A stretch of 64,000 nt of DNA, taken from the NCBI GenBank assembly GCA_002269645.1, contig NIVC01003778.1:1-64000 (forward strand), written 5' to 3'. Of the stretch, positions 41,399-53,820 are shown one piece after another; within the stretch, counting starts at the first letter, position 1, and every line of letters starts with the position of its first letter. The DNA comes from Macrostomum lignano. Its lineage: Eukaryota. The notes beneath the pieces are model-generated. The model ran no database searches, was not told where the DNA came from, and was given only the letters and a program-made list of their open reading frames with translations. Both the position numbers and the translations under genes were made by a program.

Positions 41399-41851
41399 AT
41401 GGAGCGAGTTGCCTACATGCCGTTTCAAGTGACCTCGGATCACGGCGACACGCGTCGCGAAGAGTATCTAATGTCAACACTGCGCATCAGCGATCAAGAT
41501 CCTGCACTGTTTAATTGTTCCTTTAGAGGTCGGCCGATCAGCGGTAAGACTATTCGAGAATTACCCCACGGATGCGTGGGTCATCTAGTCACCCTGCTGC
41601 CCAGACCCAGCGATGCCGAGGTCGTTATTGACGACAACAAAAGCGACGGTCGACAAGTTCGCGTTGAAGAGACCTTTTCTAGCATGTCTGTGTGCAGTCT
41701 GGGCAGCAGGCACCATCACACGGACAAATTGTCCCAGGCTATTACCAGCTGGATGAAGCTTAGCCGCCTGATTCACGATCCCATTGATAAAGACAGTGTG
41801 AATGCTACCACTGCTAATGATGATACTACTGAGAATGACAATGCTAAGTAG
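41399..41851 (+). CDS. RNASEH2C: Ribonuclease H2 subunit C-like, single exon, ~150 aa
   Basis: VAYMPFQV..G..EY; CSFRGRPISG..LPHGCVG; F..D....AI..W..L...IHDP follow the RNase H2C pattern. The ORF track fuses it to the upstream repeat, so the start codon is uncertain (41363, 41399 or later). Confidence 0.72.
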   Translation: MERVAYMPFQVTSDHGDTRREEYLMSTLRISDQDPALFNCSFRGRPISGKTIRELPHGCVGHLVTLLPRPSDAEVVIDDNKSDGRQVRVEETFSSMSVCSLGSRHHHTDKLSQAITSWMKLSRLIHDPIDKDSVNATTANDDTTENDNAK

Positions 41852-42442
41852 TTCAATTAATAAGAACTCTTACCTAAACTAATGCATGATGATAAATGAC
41901 TTTAACTTCAGCGTTACCGTTGCAATCTCTGTAAATTTGTTTCTCCATTGCTGTACTTTAAAAAGTCAATTATGTTCTATATAAATCGTTAAAAAATCAA
42001 ATCATCTCATAACGGTTTTGTTTTAACTTTCCCATTATAATATTTTACACGGGCATAGTTGCATTTGAAAATTGATAACTAATCCATCAGTACATTGTGA
42101 AACTTGCATTTTTCTATAATGTTGCTTTTTATCGAATGATCTGTTGGTCAGTTAAACGTATTCTGTTTAGCTTTTTTTTTCGTTTGCCACATGTTAGGTT
42201 AAGCTATAGGATTAACCATTTAGTTTAGGATAGGCATTAATAATGTGTGAGTCTGACCCTTAGGGCACAAAGAGTGTCCATCCCTGACAATTAGAAAGTC
42301 AGGGTCGTTGCACACACTGTGTGAGCGTGTGTATGCCAGCGCTGGTTGTTGTTGGACGCAACAGTCTTGTAAATGTTTAGATATTTATTATCTTATTTAT
42401 ACTGCTTTGCAAACACATTCATGCCATTGTTCCAGCCTAATA

Positions 42443-43949
42443 ATGTATCAGCGTCTCTATCGATCCGTCCGATTTCTCTCTGGACTCGCCGTTCAACGGC
42501 AGCAGCAGTTGTCTGCTATCAGCAATTTGAGTGGCATTTCTAGAAGCTCTCAACTTTGTAGTCATCGATTGATGTCGTCTACTTCTTCGGAGGCCGACGC
42601 TGGCGCTCCTGGAGTCGGTGGCGAGGCTGATGACGCCCAGAAGCTGGAGCAGCAGCAGCAGGAGGTTGCGGCTCTGGCTAAACGTTGCTCGGAATTACAA
42701 ACGGCTATGGATCAGCTGCAGGTGAAGCTTATTTAATTGTTTTTATTGAATTGAATTAAAATTCATGAGAGTCAGGGCCGCCGTGCGAGTGTGCGTCCCT
42801 GTGCGGGCGTGTGTCTGTGTAAATATTCTTGCTTCAATACGTTTCAGGGCCATATTAAACACTGTTGCAGTGTATTCTACTTCTGCAGAGTAGTAGTATT
42901 AGAACATTTTTAAAAATAGTTTGTTTCGTAATCGTATCTAACTTTGAACAGGACAAGTACGTTCGCGCTCTAGCCGAAAGTGAGAACACCAGGCGTCGAT
43001 TGACTAGACAAGCCGAAGAGGCTCGGATATTTGGTATCTCCGCATTCTGCAAGGATCTCCTCGACGTTGCCGACGTTCTGGCTAAGGCGAACGAGACCGC
43101 GCCACCTGAGGCAGATCCCACTCTGGTGGAGGGTCTGCGCATGACTGAGGCCCAGCTCAAACAGGTGAGTACCTGGCTGACTTTGTGGAGTACCTTTGTT
43201 CTTGTGTCCTTAATCGGTTATGATCGTGTCCTTGGTTGGTTGTGAGATTGTGTCCTTGGTTGGTTGTGAGATTGTGTCCTTGGTTAGCTGTGAGATTGTG
43301 TCCTTGGTTGGTTGTGAGATTGTGTCCTTGGTTAGCTGTGAGATTGTGTCCTTAGTTGGTTGTGAGATTGTGTCCTTATAGTTGGTTTTGAGATCGTGTC
43401 CTTAGTTGATTGCGAGATCGTGCCCTTAGTTGGTTTTGAGATCGTGTCCTTGGTTAGTTGTGAGATTGTGTCCTTGGTTGGTTGTGAGATTGTGTCCTTG
43501 GTTGGTTGTGAGATTGTGTCCTTGGTTAGCTGTGAGATTGTGTCCTTAGTTGGTTGTGAGATTGTGTCCTTAGTTGATTGCGAGATCGTGCCCTTAGTTG
43601 GTTTTGAGATCGTGTCCTTAGTTGGTTATGAGATCGTGTCCTTGATTGGTTATGAGATCGTATCCTTAGTTTGAGATCGTGCCCTTAGTTTGTTATGAGA
43701 TCGTGTCCTTGATTAGTTATAAGATCGTGTCATTCCTGGCCACTTCAGGTGTTCCGACGTCACAAGCTTGAGCCAATAAAACCCGACGTTGGCGAGAAGT
43801 TCGACCCGAATCAGCACGAGGCCCTATTCGAAGTGCCCGTTGCCGAGAATTGCCAACCAGGCACTGTTGCCGTAGTTACAAAGGTTGGCTACCGTCTGCA
43901 CGAGAGAACCCTTCGTCCAGCTCTTGTTGGCGTGGTCAAATACACCTGA
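42443..43949 (+). CDS. GRPEL1: Mitochondrial GrpE nucleotide-exchange factor, 3 exons, 230 aa
   Basis: Exons 42443-42721 (Arg/Ser-rich presequence), 42952-43164 (DKYVRALAESENTRRR..FCKDLLDVAD..EGLRMTE) and 43749-43949 (FDPNQHEAL..PGTV..GYRLHERTLRPALVGV). All are phase 0 GT-AG. AATAAA at 44041. Confidence 0.95.
43215..43732. repeat. 24-bp minisatellite (GAGATTGTGTCCTTGGTTGGTTGT) filling GrpE intron 2
   Basis: About 21 copies. Confidence 0.93.
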
Positions 43950-45150
43950 ACATTTTAGTTACACCAATAGTTCTAACGGGGTGTTTTGATCGTATATATT
44001 ATATAGTGTTTGCAATTAATCTGTGCTGGGCTATTTGTTAAATAAATGAGCTTTTATAAAAACCGTGTGGGAGGAGTATTGATCAAGCACCCTGTCTATT
44101 TAGCTTTTCTTTAGGTAAGAACTTAAGTCTAAAGAGTAACTTTTGTCTTTGCATTACTACTAGGTACTGACTATGCACCCCTCTGATTCAGTAGTATCGT
44201 TCGAATGACGGAAGATAAGAAAGTTGCGCTTCTTTGCCATCTCATTGTACGATCCACTTGCAACTTATACGCCTTTCGTTGTGTACTGATCGATATATTC
44301 AGTCTGTTCTGCATACGATTGTCAAGGTCGTTTTGCCGGTTATCCTTTATTTTTAATAGCTAATAATAGGATTTGCATTTGCTCTTGTATGGAACATAAA
44401 TGTTACTTTGAGCAAATAAACTGAAGCAGCAACGTACGTAAGAAAAAGACTTACTTAAGTTGCTTCTCGTGAAGTTATTTGATTGTAACTGCAACGAATC
44501 AGTTTTGGTTGTTTAACATTTTTCTTCATTTTAATTGAATAAATAAACTACTTGACGGCTTGACAGGCACAATATGATTTAAATGTACTGCAACAAATAC
44601 AAATAACCTGAAAATGAAGGAATGATTGCTCAGAATCTCATGTAAGCTCTTTCATGTACAATGTTCAATGCATGTTAGAGTACATACATCGTGCATCTCG
44701 TCTCTTGGTACATCTTTGACTTTTTCTGAGCTTTCACAATTTTTATTCCCTTAATGGTTTAATTGACGTTTTGATACTACAAAAGTATACAGGCTTTTTC
44801 ATTAAAACCCGAAATACCCCAAGTTGGCAATGATTAAGATTTGTTAACGGAGAGTTACATATTCAGCTGAAAATAGCATTAAATACCCATGTAAACAGAA
44901 AATTAAGACTGCAGACAGTTGTTTCGTCAATAATTATAATATGCCAGTACGAGCTACTATATAATTAAGGTATTTATGAAGGACAATTTACGTACAAGAG
45001 CAACAAGCTTTTTGCTGTTGAAAGCTAGCTATTCCCTAAAACTGGGGTTGTTGCTTCGCCGTTTGAATTGAACGTGCGTGGGCATGCAGACCCAAATCTA
45101 AAAATAACATTTTTACACGCCTCAAGTAGGCGTGTTGCTTTCGCATAAGA

Positions 45151-45236
45151 CCACGTCAGCCTTAGGGAATTCCTAACGGAATCACCCAATAGTGTCATGG
45201 CAACTGTCTTGCGCCGACCAATAGAAAGCGACCACA
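45151..45236 (+). promoter_or_regulatory. UPR promoter module: UPRE (CCACGTCA, 45151-45158) and ERSE-like CCAAT-N9-CCACA (45218-45236)
   Basis: Exact reverse complement of TGACGTGG, and exact 9-nt ERSE spacing, 150-230 nt upstream of the GRP94 ATG. Further CCAAT boxes at 45186 and 45269. Confidence 0.7.
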
Positions 45237-45383
45237 TCTAATTGCGTCTTACTAATCTGCTTTCCGCGCCAATTTAAACACGAACGCAAGAAAACTTTCT
45301 TTTAAACTGTCTTTCTGACTAGTTAATTATATTATAATAAAGTTCTCATTTTGTGTTTCCTGGCTACAGAAGCATCTTTCACA

Positions 45384-48300
45384 ATGCAGAGAGGATACTT
45401 CTACTTTGCATTTACCTTGCTGCTTGTCTTTGGTAAGTGAACCGCTGCTCATTTAATTAGAAATATATCAATTGTAAATTGTATTGACATTGCAAAAATG
45501 GTTTCCTGTTGCCTGTTGGTTGGGTCGGGTTTCTTCATTGCTAAAAATTTCTGTGATGTGCTCTGCAGCTGTTTTTTGTCAAATAGGCCTAGCTATTTTC
45601 ATAAAACATAATGTTTGCATTAATTAGTTAGCTTAGTAGCTCTTTAAGAATCAGATTTTTTATTTTAATTTCTAATACTGTCTTTGACTCTTAAATTCTC
45701 ATAATTGCCTTCTATTGTCAGACATTGACAACAAAAGCCAGTGACAATTTTAGGAAACAGGAGGCCAAAGGGCATGCTATTATAAGATGTGGCCAAAAAT
45801 TCTATATCTTTGATGGCATGCCTCTTTTGATTATCTAGTTATAGGTTGCTGCTTTCATTTTTATTCATACCTTGTCTTAAGCAAAGCTATTATACTAGCT
45901 AATCTAAACTAATTGATTTTGAAAGTGTTTAGTTTAAAAATGATTTAAAAAATAGTTTAAAAAATCTTTTTTGGCTTGGCTAGACAAATAAAAGTCTAAA
46001 AATATGGCTTTCTTTTAAAACTATCAGTATAAAAGTTATCAATTTTTATAACTTATCCTTGGCCTGCCACATTTTATATTGGCTAGATTAAGCAAGTTGC
46101 CTAGTAGTTGCACATATATACTAATACATATGATTTATATAAATGGTTTATATACTCAGCAATATTGAAAAGTCACTATTCTATATGCCAATAAGCAATT
46201 TGTCTTGGACTAGTCTGTAATAAAAGATGCAAAAAAAACTCAAGGGTAGCTTTAATCTAATCAACCCTTTTGCATACTTATCTCCCATTCCTATTTCATT
46301 TCTTTATCCAAGTCTATTGCAACATAGCTAAGTTGTGTCACTTGCAAATATTGGAAGACTTGACCTGCATTCTCAAAACAACAAAAGTGGCAACTATAAA
46401 TATAATCTTCCATGATAGCAACTTTTTAATAATGTTGCTAAGTATATAATAACAAAGTAATGTTTGTTTTCCATTTTCAATATATATGAAGCCAAGCAAT
46501 AATACAATTCTGTCCTAATCTGCTTTCTTACCTTGGATTTCACCTGCAGGCATCCTGTCCTCGCTGGTGCCCCCGGCCCAGTCGTCGCAGCAATCTGACG
46601 ATGCCAGCAAAGTGACGGAGCCAACTGGTAGCGACAAAGTTGGCTCCAAAACTGACGACCGCGTGGTCGAACGCGAGGAGCAGGCCATCAAGCTCGATGG
46701 TCTCAACGCTGCTCAAGTTAAAGAGCTTCGCGAAAAGGCCGAGAAGTTCACCTTCCAGGCTGAGGTTGATCGAATGATGAAGCTAATTATCAATTCGCTC
46801 TACAAGAACAAGGAGATCTTCCTTCGCGAGCTCATCTCCAATGCTAGCGATGCCCTGGATAAGATCCGCTTCCTGTCTCTCACTAACAAGGAGGTCCTGT
46901 CTGCTACCGACGACCTCAGCATCCGCATCAAGGCCGATAAGGACGCGAAGACTTTGCACGTGATTGACACCGGCATCGGCATGACCAAGGAGGATTTAGT
47001 GAAGAATCTGGGCACAATTGCCAAGTCGGGCACATCGGAATTCTTTAATAAATTCAACGAGGCCAAGTCTCAGACTGAGATGACGGATTTGATTGGCCAG
47101 TTTGGTGTTGGATTTTACAGCGCCTTCCTTGTCGCAGATCGGGTCACCGTCATTACTAAGAATAACGACGACAAGCAGTACATCTGGGAGTCCGATGCCA
47201 GCAGCTTCTCTATTAATGAGGATCCTAGGTGAGAAAATGACTTTAGAGTTATCTTTCAAAGAATTTAAAGGATTTCTAGGCCAATTTAAATGTTTAATAG
47301 TCAATTAGACTAGGTAGTAGAGATTTGTAACAGCCCACTCAGATAAGTAAGAAAGCGGTAAACTTCAAAGGGCCAGATTGAGAACCTAACATATAATTGC
47401 GGGCCAGAGGAGGGGAGAGAGGTAATAGAGAAGATAGATGGGAGGAGAGCTGAGGGAGAGGAAAGGAGTGAGAATAGAAGAGAAGGAGAGGAGAGAAGAA
47501 GAGAAGAGAGAAAAAAGAAGGGGAGGAGAGAGAAGAGAGAAGACTGGAGAGGAGAGGAAAAAAAAAGAGGATATTAGAGAGAAGGGAGCTGAGAAGAGAC
47601 AAACCTTGAGCAGGCCGGATTGCTATTGTGAAGTTTCAATGGACCCGAAGACCGGATAGAGAGGCTTTGCGGGGGGGGAGTTTTCCGACCCCCTGCTCTA
47701 AATCCTACAACTGCAGGCAAATCACCCGCTTTGCAGAGGCAACACGCTGAAGCGGGGCACCGAGATCATTCTGCACATGAAAGATGAGGGCCTGGACTGG
47801 CTGGAGCCCAGCAGCCTGCGCGATCTCATTGTGAAGTACTCGCAGTTCATCAACTTCCCAATCTACGTGTGGGAGAGTCGCACCGAGACAGTTGAAGAGG
47901 CGGCCGAGAAGTCCGAGGAGAAGAAGGAGAAGAAAGACGAGGACGCCACAGTAGAGGAGGAGAAAGAGAAAGCCGAGCCGAAGAAGGTTGAGAAGACTGT
48001 GTGGGACTGGCGCCTGGTGAACGAGAACAAGCCCATCTGGACCAGGAAGCCTGCCGAGATCACTGACAGCGAGTACAACCAGTTCTTCAAGTCCTTCACC
48101 AAGGCTAGCGAGGATCCTCTGGCCAAGACTCACTTTGTTGCCGAAGGCGAGGTCACATTCAAGAGCATCTTATTCGTCCCTAAGACTGCCGACTTTGACG
48201 CCTGGTCGAACTTTGGCAAGAAAACTGACAACATCAAGATGTACGTTCGACGAGTGTTTATCACCGACAACTTCGAAGAGATGATGCCAAAGTATCTCAG

Positions 48301-50665
48301 CTTCATCAAGGGCATTGTTGATTCGGACGATTTGCCATTGAACGTCAGCCGAGAGACTCTGCAGCAGCACAAGCTACTTAAAGTAATCAAGAAGAAACTG
48401 GTTCGCAAAGCTCTCGACATGATTAAGAAAATCGAGCCGGAAAAGTACAAGGAGTTCTGGAAGGAGTACTCTACTAACATCAAGGTTGGCATCACGGATG
48501 ACGCCGCTAACAGGACTCGGCTGTCTAAGCTGCTGATGTTCTGGTCCTCGAACAATGACAAAGAGCAGGTGTCTCTGGCCGACTACGTGAGCAGGATGAA
48601 GGAGAAGCAGGAGAACATCTACTTCATCTCTGGACAGTCTCGCAAAGAAGTTGAAACTTCGCCGTTTGTTGAGAAGCTACTGAAACGCGGCTACGAAGTC
48701 CTGTACCTGCTGGAGCCGATCGACCAGTACGCCATCCAGTCCCTGCCCGAGTTCGAGGGCAAGAAGTTCCAGAATGCCGCCAAGGACGGCTTGAAGATTG
48801 GCGAAGAGACCGCCGAGGTCAAGGAGCGACGCGAGGCCATGGTGAAGGACTTTGAGCCGTTGACCAAATGGCTGCAGGAGACCGCTTTGAAGGACAAGAT
48901 TGAGAAGGCTCAGATCTCCGACAGATTGGCTTCCTCCCCGTGCGCTCTGGTGGCCTCCCAGTACGGCTGGGACGCCGCTATGGATCGGGTGATGCGAGCT
49001 CAAGCCTACCAGAAGGCTGGCGATCCGTCTCAGGTATAAGTTCAGATTGGGATTAGCGGTTTGCTCGTATGTTATGGGCCATTGAATTTCAAAAAACCTT
49101 TCTTGATGCTCAAAATATCAAAATGCTCAAATGTCCGATTGACACACAGGGCTCAAAAATCCCATTGACTCAGTGCTCAAATATCCCATTGACTCAGTGC
49201 TCAAATATCCCATTGACTCAGTGCTCAACTATCCCATTGACTCAGTGCTCAAATATTCCATTGACACACAGGGCTCAAATATCCCCATTGACACAGTGCT
49301 CAATATCTCATTGACACAGTGCTTAAATATCCCCATTGACACAGTGCTCAAATATCCCCATTGACACAATGCTCAAATATCCCATTGACACACAGGGCTC
49401 AAATATCCCCATTGACACAGTGCTCAAATATCCGATTGACACACAGGGCTCAAATATCCCATTGACTCAGTGCTGATATGACTCAGTGCTCAAATATCCC
49501 ATTGACTCAGTGCTCAATATCTCATTGACACAGTGCTTAAATATCCCCATTGACTCAGTGCTCAATATCTCATTGACACAGTGCTCAAATATCCCCATTG
49601 ACACAATGCTCAAATATCCCATTGACACACAGTGTTCAAATATCCCCATTGACACAGTGCTCAAATATCCGATTGACACACAGGGCTCAAATATCCCATT
49701 GACTCAGTGCTCAAATATCCCATTGATTCAGTGCTCAAATATCCCATTGACACACAGGGCTCAAATATCCCCATTGACACAGTGCTCAAATATTCCATTG
49801 ACTCAGTGCTCAAATATCCCATTGACTCAGTGCTCAAATATCCCATTGATTCAGTGCTCAAATATCCCATTGACACACAGGGCTCAAATATCCCCATTGA
49901 CACAGTGCTCAAATATTCCATTGACTCAGTGCTCAAATATCCCATTGACTCAGTGCTCAAATATCCCATTGACTCAGTGCTCAAATATCCCATTGACTCA
50001 GTGCTCAAATATCCCTTTGACACAGTGCTCAAATATCCCATTGACTCAGTGCTCAAATATCCCATTGACTCAGTGCTCAAATATCCCATTGACACAGTGT
50101 TAAAACATTCGATTTAGTTCCTAAAAAGTAAAGGCATTGGGATAGTACTGTATAAGGTACTCAATTAGTCCCTGCCACCACTCATCAACTCTACATCACA
50201 CCCTCAAACAGGTGCACTTCGCCTCCCAGAAGAAGATTCTGGAGATCAACCCGCGCCATCCGCTCATCAAAGAGCTCAAACGTCGCAGCGCCGATTCCCC
50301 AGACGACAAAACCGCCAACCAGCTGGCCACCATCCTGTACGAGGCCGCCACCCTGCGCAGCGGCTACGCCCTGGAGGACTCGTCAGGCTTCGCTGAACGT
50401 CTCGAAGCCATGCTGCGTCGTTCGGTGAACATTCCCGAGTCGGAGACAGTCGAAGAGGACGACCTGGACGGCGCTGCCGCTTCCGCACCGTCGACAGACG
50501 AGACGGCGAAAAAGACGGACGAATCTGCGGCGGTGAGTGTTTGAAATTTCTTCTATATGACGAAAGATATTTTAGTCTTGTGAATTTGGATCATATTTTA
50601 ATTCATTGCCACACACTTATTTTTCTCCTACATACATTTTTATATTTCAGAAAACTGAGTTGTAA
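45384..50665 (+). CDS. HSP90B1: Endoplasmin / GRP94 (ER Hsp90), 5 exons, C-terminal KTEL
   Basis: Exons 45384-45432 (signal peptide), 46550-47228 ([51 protein letters not shown]), 47737-49033, 50212-50532 ([10 protein letters not shown]) and 50651-50665 (KTEL-stop). Phases 1, 2, 0, 0 are consistent. Confidence 0.97.
47355..47695. mobile_element. hAT/Charlie-type MITE copy 2 with GA-rich core, in HSP90B1 intron 2
   Basis: Shares AAGGGCCAGA, GCGGGCCAGAGG, AGAGAGAAG.GAGCTGAGAAGAGACA, CCGGATAGAGAGGCTT and AGTTT.CCGACCCCCTG with 14838-15144. The 5' TIR is not evident. Confidence 0.6.
49128..50098. repeat. ~24-bp minisatellite (CAGTGCTCAAATATCCCATTGACT) filling HSP90B1 intron 3
   Basis: About 40 copies with interspersed variants. 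Confidence 0.95.
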
Positions 50666-52744
50666 AATGAATGAAACAAAGAACTGAAAACATTTATTAG
50701 TAAATCAAAATCTTTATAATATTAAAGTTCTATATTTGAGTTGCTCCGGTAATGTTAGACTAAAAACATACAGTAATTTTATTTATTAATAATCAGTTGC
50801 AATATGCCCGCACCCTGTGTAACTGAACACTTCACCAAAATCGTTTCATGGTTCACTTATTTTCCTAGCTATACTTTGTAGTTTGAATTTGTTCAAATTT
50901 TCTCTCTTTTATGTTGTTTTACTGTTGCCACGTTTTCTTCTGCTGTGTGTTTGCGTGTGTGTGCGTTTTTTGTGTTTCCTTTCTAGCGTCAGTGTTTTCC
51001 CTCACCTTTGTTCGATTGAAAGCCCGATTTTTTGTCCTGGTGCATTTTGCCGCGCTGTCTTACATAATAATATATACTTAAGTCTATTCAATATGTCCTT
51101 AAATTGTTTGCCAATTGATGGATTTTATTTGAAAAATAAAACACAAGCTAACTACTGAGGCGGGTACTGTCGCCTGAACATTAAACCATTGTTCAGAGAG
51201 AGAACTGCTGGGAAATTTCTTGCCTCCTTCATCGAATAAGGAAAACTTGAGAATTATTTGATTTGATTTGAAGACGCACGAATGAGATTCCACGTTTGCC
51301 AATTTTAGTAAATAGCGCGTTCCTATACTAACCTCTGCCGCCTCCTCCCTTCATTTATATTCGTAGAGACTTATGACTAACATACCGATAATTAATCACC
51401 TTTGAGCAGCCAGCGTCTTTATTTCAGTTATTTTTATTTTTGTTTTTTTGCTTGCGTTTTTCCTCTAACCTCTACCTAACTCTTCACGACACCCCCTAAT
51501 GGATGCTTTAAAAGCCGTGTCGTTTAGTTATAAATTTCGCTCATCTATTTAATGTGTCGTTTTTGCATTCGTTGGAATTCGAATCGAAAAGAAAATTATA
51601 TACGTGCCCTGAATAGGTATGCTACTAGCAGATGTCCAAATTTAATCAGTTAATTATATTAAAATATTGCATGATTGACTTTATTTGTTGTCTTTCTTAA
51701 TTTTTATCTTTTTAGTCTTCTCTTATTTATTGAACGTTGTCAACCCATATTAACCCTTATCCTGCTAGTTCCTTGTTTAACAATTTGGCTCCAAAAATTA
51801 AGCAGACTAATACCGATAACCTTAAATTTGAATTACCTACCTCACCTATGCTCTGTATATCACTCAGTCCTCAGAAACCTTTCAAAAGAATTTATTAAAC
51901 TGCATGCTTGGCAAGGTTCCCTATAATGCATGATATCGATTGCTTTTCAGCAATGCAGCAAAAAAACCTTGCCAACATCTGGTAAGCGAGAAGTTCCCTA
52001 ACTGACCAGTGAATAATACTGTGTATTTAATGTCTGAGCAAATTGCAGCGCTGGCATGACATGAGAATTCACCGCGTGTTTGCAAATACTAATCGGGTTT
52101 TAATTCCTCTCTGTGTAGATAAGGATTGGACTTATTGATTTCCCATGGCTTTGGCTTGGTTGTCGCATGCATGCAAGCACGAGATTTTTCCTGCACCCTG
52201 AGTGAGCAACTTAAGAACAAAAATTCTCGTTTTAATTGTCCATCTACTACATGTAAGCGCTACTATTAGTAATACATTGCAGATGCTAATGCAGAAACAA
52301 ACTTTTGTTGCATTTGTAAACAAGACCGTCTCCTGAAATGACCCCGTTAAGTTTCCCAGAATGTATGCTAGGAATTGTACTCTAGGAAAGTTACACTACA
52401 TGCAATTCTTTATGACGAAATGTAGCGATTGCAAGGAAGTTGTTCGATGAAGCTTTCATTTGTTGCGCTAATTGAACAGCCTTGAAAGCTGTGTGTGTTT
52501 TGTGTTTGTGTACACATCCATTGAAAGACATAGCGACTGCTGGAATACGGTAGTCACCCATGTAGTGCAATTTCCAAGTAATCTTGGCCTTACATCAAAG
52601 TAGTGCGTTATCTTCTACCAGAGCTACATGTAGGGGCGTCGCCACCGGAGGAACATGGGCCTAGGGGGGGGGGGACATCCCCCCAGTTAAAGCTATATGG
52701 GAGTGACATGCAAACGCTTTATCCCCCCTCACGAGTGTCTTCGG

Positions 52745-53820
52745 CGCCAAAATGAGTGTCTGCAGCACCAAAATGAGTGTCTGCAGTGCCAAAATGAGTG
52801 TCTGCAGTGCCAAAATGAGTGTCTGCAGTGCCAAAATGAGTGTCTGCAGCACCAAAATGAGTGTCTGCAGTGCCAAAATGAGTGTCTGCAGTGCCAAAAT
52901 GAGTGTCTGCAGTGCCAAAATGAGTGTCTGCAGCACCAAAATGAGTGTCTGCAGTACCAAAATGAGTGTCTGCAGTGCCAAAATGAGTGTCTGCAGTGCC
53001 AAAATGAGTGTCTGCAGCACCAAAATGAGTGTCTGCAGTGCCAAAATGAGTGTCTGCAGTGCCAAAATGAGTGTCTGCAGTGCCAAAATGAGTGTCTGCA
53101 GTGCCAAAATGAGTGTCTGCAGTACCAAAATGAGTGTCTGCAGTACCAAAATGAGTGTCTGCAGTGCCAAAATGAGTGTCTGCAGCGCCAAAATGAGTGT
53201 CTGCAGCACCAAAATGAGTGTCTGCAGCGCCAAAATGAGTGTCTGCAGCGCCAAAATGAGTGTCTGCAGCACCAAAATGAGTGTCTGCAGCGCCAAAATG
53301 AGTGTCTGCAGTGCCAAAATGAGTGTCTGCAGCACCAAAATGAGTGTCTGCAATGCCAAAATGAGTGTCTGCAGTGCCAAAATGAGTGTCTGCAGCCCCA
53401 AAATGAGTGTCTGCAGTGCCAAAATGAGTGTCTGCAGTGCCAAAATGAGTGTCTGCAGCCCCAAAATGAGTGTCTGCAGCCCCAAAATGAGTGTCTGCAG
53501 CACCAAAATGAGTGTCAGCAGTGCCAAAATGAGTGTCTGCAGCACCAAAATGAGTGTCTGCAATGCCAAAATGAGTGTCTGCAGTGCCAAAATGAGTGTC
53601 TGCAGCCCCAAAATGAGTGTCTGCAGTGCCAAAATGAGTGTCTGCAGTGCCAAAATGAGTGTCTGCAGCCCCAAAATGAGTGTCTGCAGCCCCAAAATGA
53701 GTGTCTGCAGCACCAAAATGAGTGTCTGCAGTGCCAAAATGAGTGTCTGCAGCACCAAAATGAGTGTCTGCAGTGCCAAAATGAGTGTCTGCAGTGCCAA
53801 AATGAGTGTCTGCAGCGCCG
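52745..53820. repeat. 21-bp minisatellite (CCAAAATGAGTGTCTGCAGTG), ~51 copies
   Basis: Direct inspection; gives the QNECLQC pseudo-ORF. Confidence 0.97.
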
